From NCBI GenBank assembly GCA_002084765.1, contig NBMB01000031.1, forward strand, positions 3,821-67,820: a stretch of DNA of 64,000 nt. The letters are read 5' to 3'. The notes under the pieces are model-generated. The model made no database searches and was not told where the DNA came from. It was given only the letters and a program-made list of their open reading frames with translations. Positions 9,069 to 18,888 of the stretch are shown here, one piece after another; position 1 is the stretch's first letter, and each line of letters begins with the position of its first letter. Made by a program: the position numbers and the translations under genes. Source of the stretch: Candidatus Cloacimonetes bacterium 4572_55. GTDB lineage: Bacteria; 4572-55.

Positions 9069-10163
9069 CTAACACGAATTTGGTATTTCAATATTTTTCC
9101 CTTCATAATTTCGTAATGTCCATGACGACTCGTCTTTTGAAACGACGTAATTCGGATCCAGGGGAATTTTACCGATACGTGTGGATATCGCATACCGAGG
9201 CACGGCAAAACCTGTTGTAAAACCCTGCAAGTCCCTTATGATCTCCTGGCCTGTTTCAAGCGGAGTACGAAAATGGGTACTACCTGTTACAAAGTGGCAG
9301 TGGAAAATATAATAGGGTCTGACGCGTATTTCTAAAAGTCGGTGCATCAACTTTTTCATGGTTTTGGAATCGTCGTTGATCCCTTTCAGCAATACGGTTT
9401 GATTTCCCAACGGAATCCCTTCGCGTAACAATATGTCACACGCCTTTGCAGTTGCTTTTGTGATTTCTTTGGGATGATTAATTTGGGTATTGATCCATAC
9501 CGGATGATGCTTAGCAATAATTTTTGCCAAATTTGAAGTGATTCTCTGCGGAAGTGTGCAGAGGGTTCGCGTTCCTAATCTGATGATTTGCACATGGTCT
9601 ATTTTTCGTATCTCGCCTAAGACATAGTCCAGTCGCTCATCTTCAACCATCAGCGCGTCTCCACCCGTAATAAGCACATCTCTAATTTCCGTTGCCTGCT
9701 TGAGATAATCAATCGCCTTTTCGATACGATTAAGCGATGTGTCTTTGTCTGTCTTACCAATTCGCCTTTTACGGAAGCAATGCCGGCAATAACTCGGACA
9801 CTGGTTGGTTAAATAAAGCACTAATCTATCAGGATAAAGTTGAAATAAACAATCTACAGGGAGGCTTTTCTCCTCTTTTTTAGGATCATAAACTCCTATA
9901 GTATCACCAAGTTCTTTTATATCGGGAATCATCTGTTTTCTGAGCGGGCAATTTGGGTCGCCCTTATCCATCAAACTCGCATAATAGGGGCTGATAGCAA
10001 ATCTTAACTGTTTAGAAACAGATTTGATACTATCAATTTCATACGGGGTCAGGTCTACATACTGGCTCAATTGTTCAATAGATTCAATCCTATTTGCCAA
10101 CTGCCATTTCCAATCATTCCATTGCTTACTCACATTCACGTCCATCTCGTTCACGCCATCCAC
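9069..10163 (-). CDS. KamA-family radical SAM aminomutase-like enzyme (substrate pocket not lysine-type)
   Basis: 364-aa ORF. WNDWKWQLANRI, ISPYYASLMD, YPDRLVLYLTNQCPSYCRHCFRKRR (CxxxCxxC), DVLITGGDAL, PQRIT, HPVWINTQINHP, GNQTVLLKGIND and RVRPYYIFHC are collinear with lysine 2,3-aminomutase. Confidence 0.85.
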   Translation of the reverse strand: MDGVNEMDVNVSKQWNDWKWQLANRIESIEQLSQYVDLTPYEIDSIKSVSKQLRFAISPYYASLMDKGDPNCPLRKQMIPDIKELGDTIGVYDPKKEEKSLPVDCLFQLYPDRLVLYLTNQCPSYCRHCFRKRRIGKTDKDTSLNRIEKAIDYLKQATEIRDVLITGGDALMVEDERLDYVLGEIRKIDHVQIIRLGTRTLCTLPQRITSNLAKIIAKHHPVWINTQINHPKEITKATAKACDILLREGIPLGNQTVLLKGINDDSKTMKKLMHRLLEIRVRPYYIFHCHFVTGSTHFRTPLETGQEIIRDLQGFTTGFAVPRYAISTRIGKIPLDPNYVVSKDESSWTLRNYEGKNIEIPNSC

Positions 10164-10226
10164 AAAAAATTTCCTTTTTGTTAAAATTATATATGAGTTG
10201 CCTCATACATCCTCAAAAATTGAGAA

Positions 10227-10763
10227 TTAATACTTTTCCTGAATCCGACTCCACTCCATTTTAAACCATGGCGTGTACCTATCCGGATTTTCCGCCAAAT
10301 CTCGATTCAGCTCATCAATCGTGACGAATTTCCATTCATCAATTTCATAGGGATTTGCGCGAATCGGCTCCTCGCTACGACCCATATAAACGGCACACAG
10401 TTCGTTTTCCGATCCTTTGTCGAGATAATTTGCCTGATATTGAAATTTATAGAGAAAACGAAGTTCCGCCTGCAAGCCGAGTTCCTCTTCCAGGCGCCGC
10501 TTTGTCGCAGTCTCATAGCTTTCCCCTTTTCGAGGGTGGCTACAGCACGCGTTTGACCAAAATAGGGGCCACAAGGCTTTATCCGCCCCCCGTTTTTGTA
10601 ACAAAATCTCGCCATTCCCGTTAAAAATAAATATCGAGAACGCTCGGTGAAGAATTCCTTCCCCCTGATGACAATCCGACTTTGGCTTATAACCGATCTT
10701 ATTATCGTCCTCGTCCACCAAGATCAAAAGTTCGCTATCAAAAGAGACCTGTTTGTGATCCAT
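10227..10763 (-). CDS. idi: Isopentenyl-diphosphate delta-isomerase, type 1 (NUDIX fold)
   Basis: HRAFSIFIFNGNGEILLQKRGADKALWPLFWSNACCSHP, RRLEEELG, ENELCAVY and YTPWF match type 1 Idi. I prefer start MDHKQVSF at 10763. The ORF-track start 10886 adds a non-homologous extension. Confidence 0.85.
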   Translation of the reverse strand: MDHKQVSFDSELLILVDEDDNKIGYKPKSDCHQGEGILHRAFSIFIFNGNGEILLQKRGADKALWPLFWSNACCSHPRKGESYETATKRRLEEELGLQAELRFLYKFQYQANYLDKGSENELCAVYMGRSEEPIRANPYEIDEWKFVTIDELNRDLAENPDRYTPWFKMEWSRIQEKY

Positions 10764-11058
10764 GGGGCTTGCTCCGTTAATTTTTGAAAAGTTGCATTGT
10801 GCATTTATAGGCATGCGTTTATCATAGCGTGTGTAAAGATAGCAAATCGATGCGCGATTGTCAATAAATTTTAAGACCATAACCAAGATAGCGAATCGGC
10901 TTGGATAAGCTCAATTGTTGAGACATCTGAAAAACTGTTTGCAATTTAGCGACTTCTTAGTATAATATCTACGGAAAATCAAAAATTATGTAGCGCAGAA
11001 CGTTATTCTGCATTACAGGCGGGGTTCTCCGAAAATTTAACAAAAAGGACGGCATATC

Positions 11059-12465
11059 TTGAAAAAAATTATCCTGTTGTCATTGCTTGTATTGATCTTG
11101 CAGACCCTGCCGGCTCAGGCGCGACGGAGTGCGGAAGATCATCTGACCATTGCGCAGACCTTGATCGACAGTATGCGTTATGAGCAGGCAACGATCCACT
11201 TACGCCGAGCTATCGAGATGGACACAACGCTTGCCCAAGGGTATCGCAGTTTGGGGTCGATCTATGAGGGTTGGGAGGCTTATGAAGACGCGTTTGATGT
11301 ATATCAAACCGGCTGTCAGATTCTCTCTGACGAGGAGATATGCGCTAAGGCGGAGGAACTCTCGGATTTAATCGAGCAATCGGAAGATGGGCGGAAAACT
11401 CGGTCAATCGGTCAGTCGATCTGCCTGTTGATGATCTTTTCCACGAATTATGACGATATTAAGGAAGCGAAAAAAATGTTATCAGAAGGGAGCTATTTCC
11501 CCGATGTCGCCGAGAAATATTCGCAAACCGGGGTCATCAAGCAGGTGGATTGCTACGAATCTGGCAATATCGATCCGATGCTGGTGCCGGAGGTGGAGAA
11601 GTTGGCAACAGGTTCGATCAGCGATGTGTTGACAAATGCACGCGGGTATTATATTCTGCTGAAAGTATTCCAGGGCAAGACCGAGCGCATAAAGCAGTAT
11701 CCGTGGGAGCCGGTATTGCAGGCAATACGGGATTCCCTTGGCATTCATCCGCCGGAAGAAGTCGCAGAAGCGGATTCTGTTGAGGCAGGAGAGACTGAGA
11801 CGCGTTCTCGTCGATCCCGTCGTGGAAAATCCGAATCTGACACAATTGTGACGACCATAGTTGCCGACGTCCAGGCTCTTGCTGACTCTTCTGCGATTGA
11901 GATCGATTCACTTCTTGCCACGCCCGACTTTGTCTCGGTTATGGCGGATAGCGCGACAGTTGCTTCGGGTAGCTCTGCGGCTGTCGATAGCGTTATCATA
12001 CTGGAGGAGCCGGAAGGATCGACTGCCCCTGATTCTGCCCAGACAAATTTGGAGGAAGAGAACGTTGTGGATGGGAATGAGCAAGAGCCTCCCGAAACGC
12101 CCGTTATTGATCCAAATGACGATCCCAATATCGCCCCGATGATGGACATTTTCAACAATCCGACAACGATTTTTTATCACAAATCGCCGGAATTGATTGA
12201 GCGCGTCGAGCCAGAGCATCCAGAGGCTTGGCAGAATCGAGGCGGAGAAGTAACGTTGCATGTCCTGATCGACGATAAGGGCAAAGTATTGAATGTCAAG
12301 GTGAAAGAAAGCTTTGACGATGAGGGCGTGATGGGGTTTAATCAGCTGGCAATAAAGGCGATCATGCAGTGGAAATATAAGCCTGCAACCCGGTATGATA
12401 AGCCGCTTATGGTCTGGATAACCGAACGGATCGTTTTCGCTGAAGAGGAAGCTGGCGAGGAATAG
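11059..12465 (+). CDS. Secreted fusion protein: TPR region + parvulin-like PPIase-like domain + acidic linker + TonB C-terminal domain
   Basis: 468-aa ORF with TTG start. Signal peptide MKKIILLSLLVLILQTLPAQA. Parvulin-like FPDVAEKYSQ...GSISDVLTNARGYYILLKV. A long D/E/S-rich linker. TonB_C-like GGEVTLHVLIDDKGKVLNVKVKES...AIKAIMQWKYKPATRYDKPLMVW. Confidence 0.7.
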   Translation: MKKIILLSLLVLILQTLPAQARRSAEDHLTIAQTLIDSMRYEQATIHLRRAIEMDTTLAQGYRSLGSIYEGWEAYEDAFDVYQTGCQILSDEEICAKAEELSDLIEQSEDGRKTRSIGQSICLLMIFSTNYDDIKEAKKMLSEGSYFPDVAEKYSQTGVIKQVDCYESGNIDPMLVPEVEKLATGSISDVLTNARGYYILLKVFQGKTERIKQYPWEPVLQAIRDSLGIHPPEEVAEADSVEAGETETRSRRSRRGKSESDTIVTTIVADVQALADSSAIEIDSLLATPDFVSVMADSATVASGSSAAVDSVIILEEPEGSTAPDSAQTNLEEENVVDGNEQEPPETPVIDPNDDPNIAPMMDIFNNPTTIFYHKSPELIERVEPEHPEAWQNRGGEVTLHVLIDDKGKVLNVKVKESFDDEGVMGFNQLAIKAIMQWKYKPATRYDKPLMVWITERIVFAEEEAGEE

Positions 12466-12493
12466 GATAAGACCTATGCGAAATCTATGAAGT

Positions 12494-15283
12494 TTGCGGA
12501 CTCTTAACTTTAGCAATAAAAGCAATAAATATGGAGAAATATTGTTGAATAATTATAATTTAGTGCTTAAATTGATTTTTATTTTTGTTTTTATGATATG
12601 CGCGCCCATTTCCATCGGTTACGCGCAGCAGACCTCGATTGACAGTATCATTGACAACTATCTGCACATCATCGAGACCAATCCGGACTATGAAAAGATC
12701 GAGGATATTTATTATGAGCTGGGAACCCTCTATTTTCAGCGGGAAAATGAACGTTTTGAGATAGCGTTTGCCGCGTATCTGGAGAAGACCGAGATCGATT
12801 CGGATATCTCGGACAAGGCTCCGGAGCAGGTTTTTCCCAAAACTATTGCCCATTATCAAGATTTTTTGCAGCGGTTTCCCGAGTCGGACTACATCGACGA
12901 CGTCAATTACCATCTGGCTTTTTGCTATCAGGAACAGATGGATTGGGAGACCGCAACAACCTATTATCGGCATATTACAGAACAATTTCCCGATAGTCCG
13001 TTTGCCGCGGAGAGCTGGTTTCGGATAGGCGAGATCGCTTTTGAGGAGGATATACTGGAGGTTGCTCTGGAATCGTACCAGCATGTCTTGACCTATCGAG
13101 TCGACGCGCTTTATGACGAGGCACTCTACAAATTGGGATGGACCCATTACCGCCTGAACAATTATTCGGACGCGATCAGCATTATGATGGGAGTGATGGA
13201 CAATTTCGCGGATATGGGAAATAAGCAGAAAGCCTCGCAAGTCATCGACGAGACCTTGCAATATTTGGCGATCTGTCTGAGCGAATATGGAGATGCTCGC
13301 GTCGCTGAGAAGATATTCAACAAATTGACAAAAAAGCGCTGGTACGAACGGGATATCTATGCCAAGATGGGGAAAATTTTCTTTCTACGGAATCTTTATG
13401 ACAAGGGAATGCAAGGCTATGAAATCTTGATCTCCCATTTTCCAGAGGATCCTGAAGTCCCTCAGTTTTTGGATCAGATGATCGTCCAGACCGAGCGGCA
13501 GAATCTGACAGAGCACTCGGTGGACCTGAAGGAGCGGCTTGCTTACGACTATGGAGACAGCAGTGTCTGGCGTCGTGCCAATCTGGTTCATAGCGTCTTG
13601 ACGGTGACCGACAGCCTGCGAGCCATCCGATTGATCGAGGTTGCGGCATACTATCACCGGTCAGGAAATGAGGAGAGCGACTCGGAGAAATGGCGTCATG
13701 CGCGGCAATCTTATTCTGATTTTTTGCACTATTTTCCAAATCATTCTCGCCGGGATTATTGTCTGTTTCGACTCGCTGACTGCGAGTATCGTCTGGAAGA
13801 TCTGTCGGCTTCAGCCGAGAACTATCTGAAGCTGGCGACTGAATTTCCCACGGGAGAATATACTGAGGAGTCTCGCTACAACGCTGTGGTCTGTTATAGC
13901 CAATATCTGGAAGCGGAAGCGGACAGCCTGATTTTGACAAAATTGGAGCGGGAGGCTGATCAATTTGTCGGCGATTATCCGATCAGCGAATTTCTGCAAG
14001 ACGTCCTGTTTGTGTACGGCGACGCGGAATTTAACGCCAAAAATTATGAGAAATCATTGGAGATTTACGCCAATATCTCTGAATATCCCGATTTTGATCC
14101 AAGCGCGTTGGAAAATGCAGCGTTGATGGCCGGGAAATCCGCGTTTCAACTGAATCGCTATAGCGAAAGTGAGAAATGGTTCCGCCAGGCAGAACAGACA
14201 AGCGGTCCATCCCAAAATGGGCAGGCTTCGGAGCTGACTCAGAGGGCGTTGTATGAGCAGGCAAAAGAGATGCTCGCGCAAGCCGACACGTTGGGAGCGG
14301 CTCGTATGCTGATCAAAACTGACAGGGAAATTCCCTATTCCGATCTGGGCGCGGCGGCTCTCCTGCAAGCCGGGGAACTGTTTGAAAAAGTGACAGAGTG
14401 GCAGTCCGCCGCGGATGTCTGGAGTCGTTTTTCCGAAAATTTTTCAGAGCATAAAGATCGTGGAACTGTCCTGTGGCGCATAGCTCGCAGTTTGGAAAGG
14501 GCTGGAAAAGTAATCCGAGCCGCAGAAGGCTTTCTTGAGATTCCGACCAAAAATCCGACCGACCCTTACGCGGCTCAGGGCTATGTCGAGGCGATTCGTC
14601 TCTATCTCGCAGAGGAGCGATGGGGAGATATTTTGTCGGTTGCCGACCGGATGAACGCCCGCTATCCCCAAGAAGCTCAAAACCCGAATGTGACTTACGC
14701 GCAGGGAAAGGCGAGTTTTGAATCTGGGAAGTTTGAAAACGCTCGGAAATTCTTGCAGCACTTTATCGAAAGTTCTAAAAAAGAGTCTGTCGAATGGGAG
14801 GCGGGAGCCTATTTCATGTTGGGAGAGATGCTTTTTCCGGACTATCGACAGATGGAGATCAAAAAACCGGTCGAAAAAACATTGGCGGAGAAACAAGAAG
14901 CTTTTGGCGTGACACTGGAGCCTTATACCGACGCGCTTAATTTGGGCGTGCCGGCATACTCGACCGCAGCTTCTTATCGCATTGGACTGATATTCGAAGA
15001 TTTTGGTGAAAAATTGGGCGACTCGCCGCGTCCAAAAGGTCTGAGCGATGAGGAAAAACAAGCCTATGAATCCGCGCTGAAAGATCAAGTCACGCCCTAT
15101 TTTATGGAGGCGCAATCCGTTTATCAGAAGACTGTAGATCAGGCGGAGGCAGAGGCATATCAAGATGAATGGCTCGACAAAATTCAACTGCGACTGAACG
15201 GGCTAAATGGAAAATTGGAGTTAAAAAAAGAACCGGAATTAAAAAATGATTCCGAGTTAAAAAATGATTCCGAGGAGGAATAA
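12494..15283 (+). CDS. Large tetratricopeptide-repeat (TPR, YbgF/BamD-like repeats) envelope protein
   Basis: 929-aa ORF. Signal-like LKLIFIFVFMICAPISIGYAQQ. Repeated ...Y.LG..Y....Y..A...Y..F...FP.S.....A.Y.LA.C.. modules occur throughout. The start codon is uncertain (non-ATG; GTG at about 12562 is also possible). Confidence 0.75.
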   Translation: MRTLNFSNKSNKYGEILLNNYNLVLKLIFIFVFMICAPISIGYAQQTSIDSIIDNYLHIIETNPDYEKIEDIYYELGTLYFQRENERFEIAFAAYLEKTEIDSDISDKAPEQVFPKTIAHYQDFLQRFPESDYIDDVNYHLAFCYQEQMDWETATTYYRHITEQFPDSPFAAESWFRIGEIAFEEDILEVALESYQHVLTYRVDALYDEALYKLGWTHYRLNNYSDAISIMMGVMDNFADMGNKQKASQVIDETLQYLAICLSEYGDARVAEKIFNKLTKKRWYERDIYAKMGKIFFLRNLYDKGMQGYEILISHFPEDPEVPQFLDQMIVQTERQNLTEHSVDLKERLAYDYGDSSVWRRANLVHSVLTVTDSLRAIRLIEVAAYYHRSGNEESDSEKWRHARQSYSDFLHYFPNHSRRDYCLFRLADCEYRLEDLSASAENYLKLATEFPTGEYTEESRYNAVVCYSQYLEAEADSLILTKLEREADQFVGDYPISEFLQDVLFVYGDAEFNAKNYEKSLEIYANISEYPDFDPSALENAALMAGKSAFQLNRYSESEKWFRQAEQTSGPSQNGQASELTQRALYEQAKEMLAQADTLGAARMLIKTDREIPYSDLGAAALLQAGELFEKVTEWQSAADVWSRFSENFSEHKDRGTVLWRIARSLERAGKVIRAAEGFLEIPTKNPTDPYAAQGYVEAIRLYLAEERWGDILSVADRMNARYPQEAQNPNVTYAQGKASFESGKFENARKFLQHFIESSKKESVEWEAGAYFMLGEMLFPDYRQMEIKKPVEKTLAEKQEAFGVTLEPYTDALNLGVPAYSTAASYRIGLIFEDFGEKLGDSPRPKGLSDEEKQAYESALKDQVTPYFMEAQSVYQKTVDQAEAEAYQDEWLDKIQLRLNGLNGKLELKKEPELKNDSELKNDSEEE

Positions 15284-15648
15284 TGCGGATTTTGATAACA
15301 ACTTTAGTTTTTTTGCTTTTATCCGCGTCGGTTCTCTGCGCGCAGGAGACGCAGAGCGCAGAGACTGACTCGACGCTGTCTGTGCAAAAAAAGGATCCGA
15401 AAGATGGGGGTCAGAAAAAAACGGATCGTCTGGAGCGGCAGGTGATCAAGTTGGAGGAGAGCCAAGTAGAGGGGAAACTCTCCCGTCCTCAAGTGGTTTT
15501 TCTGCTTCAACACAACGAACATGCCTATCGCACCTTTAATATCAAAAAAGATATGAGCGGTCAATTAAGGAGCTACAGGACGAAAAATGAGATGCTGAAA
15601 CAATATAAGATGTTTTATGTTGATCGATTAAAAGAAAGAGTTTGGTAA
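15283..15648 (+). CDS. Small secreted hypothetical protein
   Basis: 121-aa ORF with signal peptide MRILITTLVFLLLSASVLCAQE. The ATG overlaps the TPR gene stop as TAATG, which suggests translational coupling. No family recognised. Confidence 0.5.
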   Translation: MRILITTLVFLLLSASVLCAQETQSAETDSTLSVQKKDPKDGGQKKTDRLERQVIKLEESQVEGKLSRPQVVFLLQHNEHAYRTFNIKKDMSGQLRSYRTKNEMLKQYKMFYVDRLKERVW

Positions 15649-15676
15649 ATTTTGCTCCTCCTTACTGCCACCTTCA

Positions 15677-16657
15677 TCAGGCGGATATTTTCGACAAATG
15701 GCAACTGACCGCATGATCCGGATCCACTTCTCTAAGCTCTGGCGGGACCTCTTTACACTCAGGCTTGACAAAGGGGCAACGGGGATGAAAATGGCATCCA
15801 GATGGCGGATCTGCAGGACTGGGCACATCGCCCCGTAAGATAATCCGCGTACGCTCTAAATCTGGATTCGCTACCGGAATCGATGAAAGCAGGGCTTTGG
15901 TGTAAGGATGACGCGGATCCGCATACAACTTCTGACTTTCGGTAATCTCGACAATTTTGCCGAGATACATGACCGCCACCCGCGTGCTGATATGCTTAAC
16001 CACGCTGAGATCATGCGCAATAAATAAATATGTCAGACGGAATTCTTTTTGCAAATCCTGAAGCAAATTAATAATCTGCGCCTGGATCGAGACGTCCAAA
16101 GCAGAGACCGGTTCGTCGCAGACAATAAACTTTGGATTCACGGATAAGGCTCTGGCAATACCAACCCGTTGACGCTGTCCCCCGCTGAACTCGTGTGGGT
16201 AACGCCGAGCATGAACCGGAGAAAGTCCGACAATCTCCAGCAGTTCCGCCACCCTCTTTTTGACCCCATCGCCGGAAGCCAATTTGTGGACTTTCAGTGC
16301 TTCTTCCAACATGCTTCCAATCGTGATGCGAGGATTCAGAGAACTGTAAGGGTCCTGAAAGATGATCTGCATCTCCCGACGCAGCGGACGCATCTGGCTA
16401 TGCTTCAGCATGGTCACCTCTTTGCCCGAGAATTCCACAAAACCAGAAGTCGGCTCGATCAAACGGAGGAGGCAGCGACCGGTCGTTGTCTTGCCGCATC
16501 CACTCTCGCCGACCAGGCCCAAGGTCTCTCCGGATCGGATATTGAAGCTGACATCGTCCACAGCCTTTACATAGCCGGCGATACGAGAAAAAAAACCCTT
16601 GCGAATAGGAAAATATTTTTTTAAATTTTTGATTCTTATCAAGTTATTATTCGACAT
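15677..16657 (-). CDS. Oligopeptide/dipeptide ABC transporter ATP-binding protein (OppF/DppF type)
   Basis: 326-aa ORF. Walker [10 protein letters not shown], signature [15 protein letters not shown], Walker [13 protein letters not shown], and the C-terminal oligopeptide-type extension [10 protein letters not shown]...CHFHPRCP. Confidence 0.9.
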   Translation of the reverse strand: MSNNNLIRIKNLKKYFPIRKGFFSRIAGYVKAVDDVSFNIRSGETLGLVGESGCGKTTTGRCLLRLIEPTSGFVEFSGKEVTMLKHSQMRPLRREMQIIFQDPYSSLNPRITIGSMLEEALKVHKLASGDGVKKRVAELLEIVGLSPVHARRYPHEFSGGQRQRVGIARALSVNPKFIVCDEPVSALDVSIQAQIINLLQDLQKEFRLTYLFIAHDLSVVKHISTRVAVMYLGKIVEITESQKLYADPRHPYTKALLSSIPVANPDLERTRIILRGDVPSPADPPSGCHFHPRCPFVKPECKEVPPELREVDPDHAVSCHLSKISA

Positions 16658-16737
16658 ACCACCCTCTTTATCACTCTTTTTAATAAATCAGAAATATCTA
16701 AATAAAATTTTGTATTGATCTGCGAAATTTGCGGACC

Positions 16738-17718
16738 CTATTGATCATGATCAAGAAATTTCCAGCAGGAAACTTGATGATCTTCAAATTTATGTTTTAA
16801 GGATGGGAATTTTTCCCTGCAAATATCCATAACGTCTGGACAACGAGGATGGAATCGACAGCCAGACGGGAAATTTATCGGATTTGGCACGGTGCCTCGG
16901 ATGACAGCCAGGCGGCTTTTCTCTTCGTTGACTTTTGGGATCGATTCCAACAGTCCTTTGGTGTAAGGATGCTGGGGGCGATTAAAAATATCCTTGACGT
17001 CTCCATATTCGATCACGCGTCCCGCGTACATTACAGCGACCCGATCCGCGATCTCCGCTATCACGCCGAGGTCGTGAGTAATCATAATAATCGCCATCTG
17101 AAATTCTTCTTGAAGACGATTCAGCAGATCCAATATTTGCGCCTGGATCGTCACGTCCAGCGCGGTTGTGGGCTCGTCTGCGATCAGCAATGAGGGATTG
17201 CAAGAGAGCGCCATGGCGATCATAACCCGTTGGCGCATCCCGCCTGACAGTTGGTGGGGATATTCATCGACTCGTTGTTCGGGCGCGGGAATGCCGACTT
17301 TTTTGAGCATCTCGATCGACTGCTGACGCGCTTCCTTACGGGGTAAATTTTGGTGCAGCATGATTGCTTCTTGTATCTGGTTTCCGCAGGTGAAAACCGG
17401 ATTCAGCGATGTCATTGGTTCCTGGAAAATCATTGAGATTTCGTTGCCTCGAACACGCCGCATCTCGGATTCGGGCAGTGTCAGCAGATTTTGATCCTTG
17501 AAAAATATCTCTCCCTCAATGATCTTTCCCGGAGGAACCGGTATCAAGCGCATGGTGGAAAGAGAGCTGACGCTTTTCCCGCATCCGGACTCGCCGACCA
17601 ATCCTAAGGTTTGTCCTTTTTCCACCTCGTAGGAAACGCCGTCCACCGCGCGTGCGACGCCCTCGTCAGTATAAAAATAGGTCTTTAGATTCTTTATTTG
17701 CAGAAGCGGTCGTTTCAT
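16738..17718 (-). CDS. Oligopeptide/dipeptide ABC transporter ATP-binding protein (OppD/DppD type)
   Basis: 326-aa [49 protein letters not shown] and CRFHPRCP. Confidence 0.9.
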   Translation of the reverse strand: MKRPLLQIKNLKTYFYTDEGVARAVDGVSYEVEKGQTLGLVGESGCGKSVSSLSTMRLIPVPPGKIIEGEIFFKDQNLLTLPESEMRRVRGNEISMIFQEPMTSLNPVFTCGNQIQEAIMLHQNLPRKEARQQSIEMLKKVGIPAPEQRVDEYPHQLSGGMRQRVMIAMALSCNPSLLIADEPTTALDVTIQAQILDLLNRLQEEFQMAIIMITHDLGVIAEIADRVAVMYAGRVIEYGDVKDIFNRPQHPYTKGLLESIPKVNEEKSRLAVIRGTVPNPINFPSGCRFHPRCPDVMDICREKFPSLKHKFEDHQVSCWKFLDHDQ

Positions 17719-17727
17719 ATCATATCC

Positions 17728-18867
17728 TCAAATGTTTCGTAATTTTGGGTCCAGGGCATCTCGCAGACCGTCGCCCACCAGATTATAACTCAACGCAGTA
17801 AAAACAATGGCGATACCCGGAAATGTGGATATCCACCAAGCACTAAGCATATTGTCCTGCCCTTGAAAAATGATGTTGCCCCATGTGGGTGTCGGAGGTT
17901 GGACGCTGAGTCCCAGGTAGCTTAGAAAGCTCTCTGCCAGGATCGTATTTCCAATGCCTAATGTGGCGACGACAATCACCGGCGCGAGCACATTCGGCAG
18001 AATATGACGAAAGATGATGCGGGTGTGGCTCATCCCTAACGCCTTTGCTGCCAAGATATAGCCCTCTTCTTTGATCGATAAGACCTGTCCTCGCACAATC
18101 CGGGACGTACCCATCCAACCGGTGAATCCAAGAACCGCCATTGTCAACCAAAGGGAGTTGGAATACATGGCGATCAACGCCAATACCAAAAAAATGCGGG
18201 GAAACGCGAGCAATATATCGACAAATCGCATCAGAACCGTGTCGATCATCTGACCAAAATATCCCGAAATCGCCCCAACTGCGGTCCCGATCACTACCGA
18301 TATGGAGACTGCGACGAACCCGATAGACAATGATATTCTTGAGCCGTAGATCAGACGGCTGAATATATCTCGACCAAATTTATCCGTGCCTAAAGGGTGG
18401 TCAAAAGAGGGCGACAGATAGCGAGTTTTTACCACATCCCCCTGCATATTCGGATCAGCGACCGCCAAAAGTGGGGCCAAAAGAGCGACGGCATAAAATC
18501 CCAAAACGCAGATTAAACCGATGATTGCCAATCGATTTTTTTTGAAATCTCTCCATATAATAAGCCATTGATCTCGGCTTCCGTCGCTGTTTTTCTGTCT
18601 GGAATAAACCGATTGATAAACGCTTGAAAACCATATCGACGCGATCATTCCGAAGAGAAAAATAACAGCGATCCATTCGTCGATTTTGTTGGATTCTAAA
18701 GCAGACGCGATTTTATCCCATGAAAAGATAGCGAGTGCCAAGAGGCTCAGGTATGACAAAAAGCAGAGGCTCCCCGCGAGACGTTCTCCCGCGGCAAATC
18801 GGTCAAATCCGGGTAAGATTGCCGATAGGAGCGCGTGACGGACTTTCGATTTTTGTAATAAAATCAT
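17728..18867 (-). CDS. ABC peptide transporter permease (OppC/DppC type) with ~100-aa N-terminal extension
   Basis: 379-aa ORF. HPLGTDKFGRDIFSRLIYGSRISL and the EAA-like loop AAKALGMSHTRIIFRHILPN. Extra TM helices lie upstream. Confidence 0.9.
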   Translation of the reverse strand: MILLQKSKVRHALLSAILPGFDRFAAGERLAGSLCFLSYLSLLALAIFSWDKIASALESNKIDEWIAVIFLFGMIASIWFSSVYQSVYSRQKNSDGSRDQWLIIWRDFKKNRLAIIGLICVLGFYAVALLAPLLAVADPNMQGDVVKTRYLSPSFDHPLGTDKFGRDIFSRLIYGSRISLSIGFVAVSISVVIGTAVGAISGYFGQMIDTVLMRFVDILLAFPRIFLVLALIAMYSNSLWLTMAVLGFTGWMGTSRIVRGQVLSIKEEGYILAAKALGMSHTRIIFRHILPNVLAPVIVVATLGIGNTILAESFLSYLGLSVQPPTPTWGNIIFQGQDNMLSAWWISTFPGIAIVFTALSYNLVGDGLRDALDPKLRNI

Positions 18868-18888
18868 TTTTTCTCCCTCTCGCGCTTG

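Noticed and set aside
10764-10886. Upstream extension of the idi ORF (MVMVLKFIDNRASICYLYTRYDKRMPINAQ...)
   Set aside because: It has no similarity to Idi N-termini. Homology starts near MDHKQVSF, and the extension is probably read-through of the promoter region.
11908-15187. Long antisense ORFs 11908-12525, 13317-13940 and 14444-15187 (205-247 aa)
   Set aside because: They are opposite strongly supported TPR/TonB-like genes and have low-complexity, Arg/Ser/Leu-rich translations. They are typical shadow ORFs.
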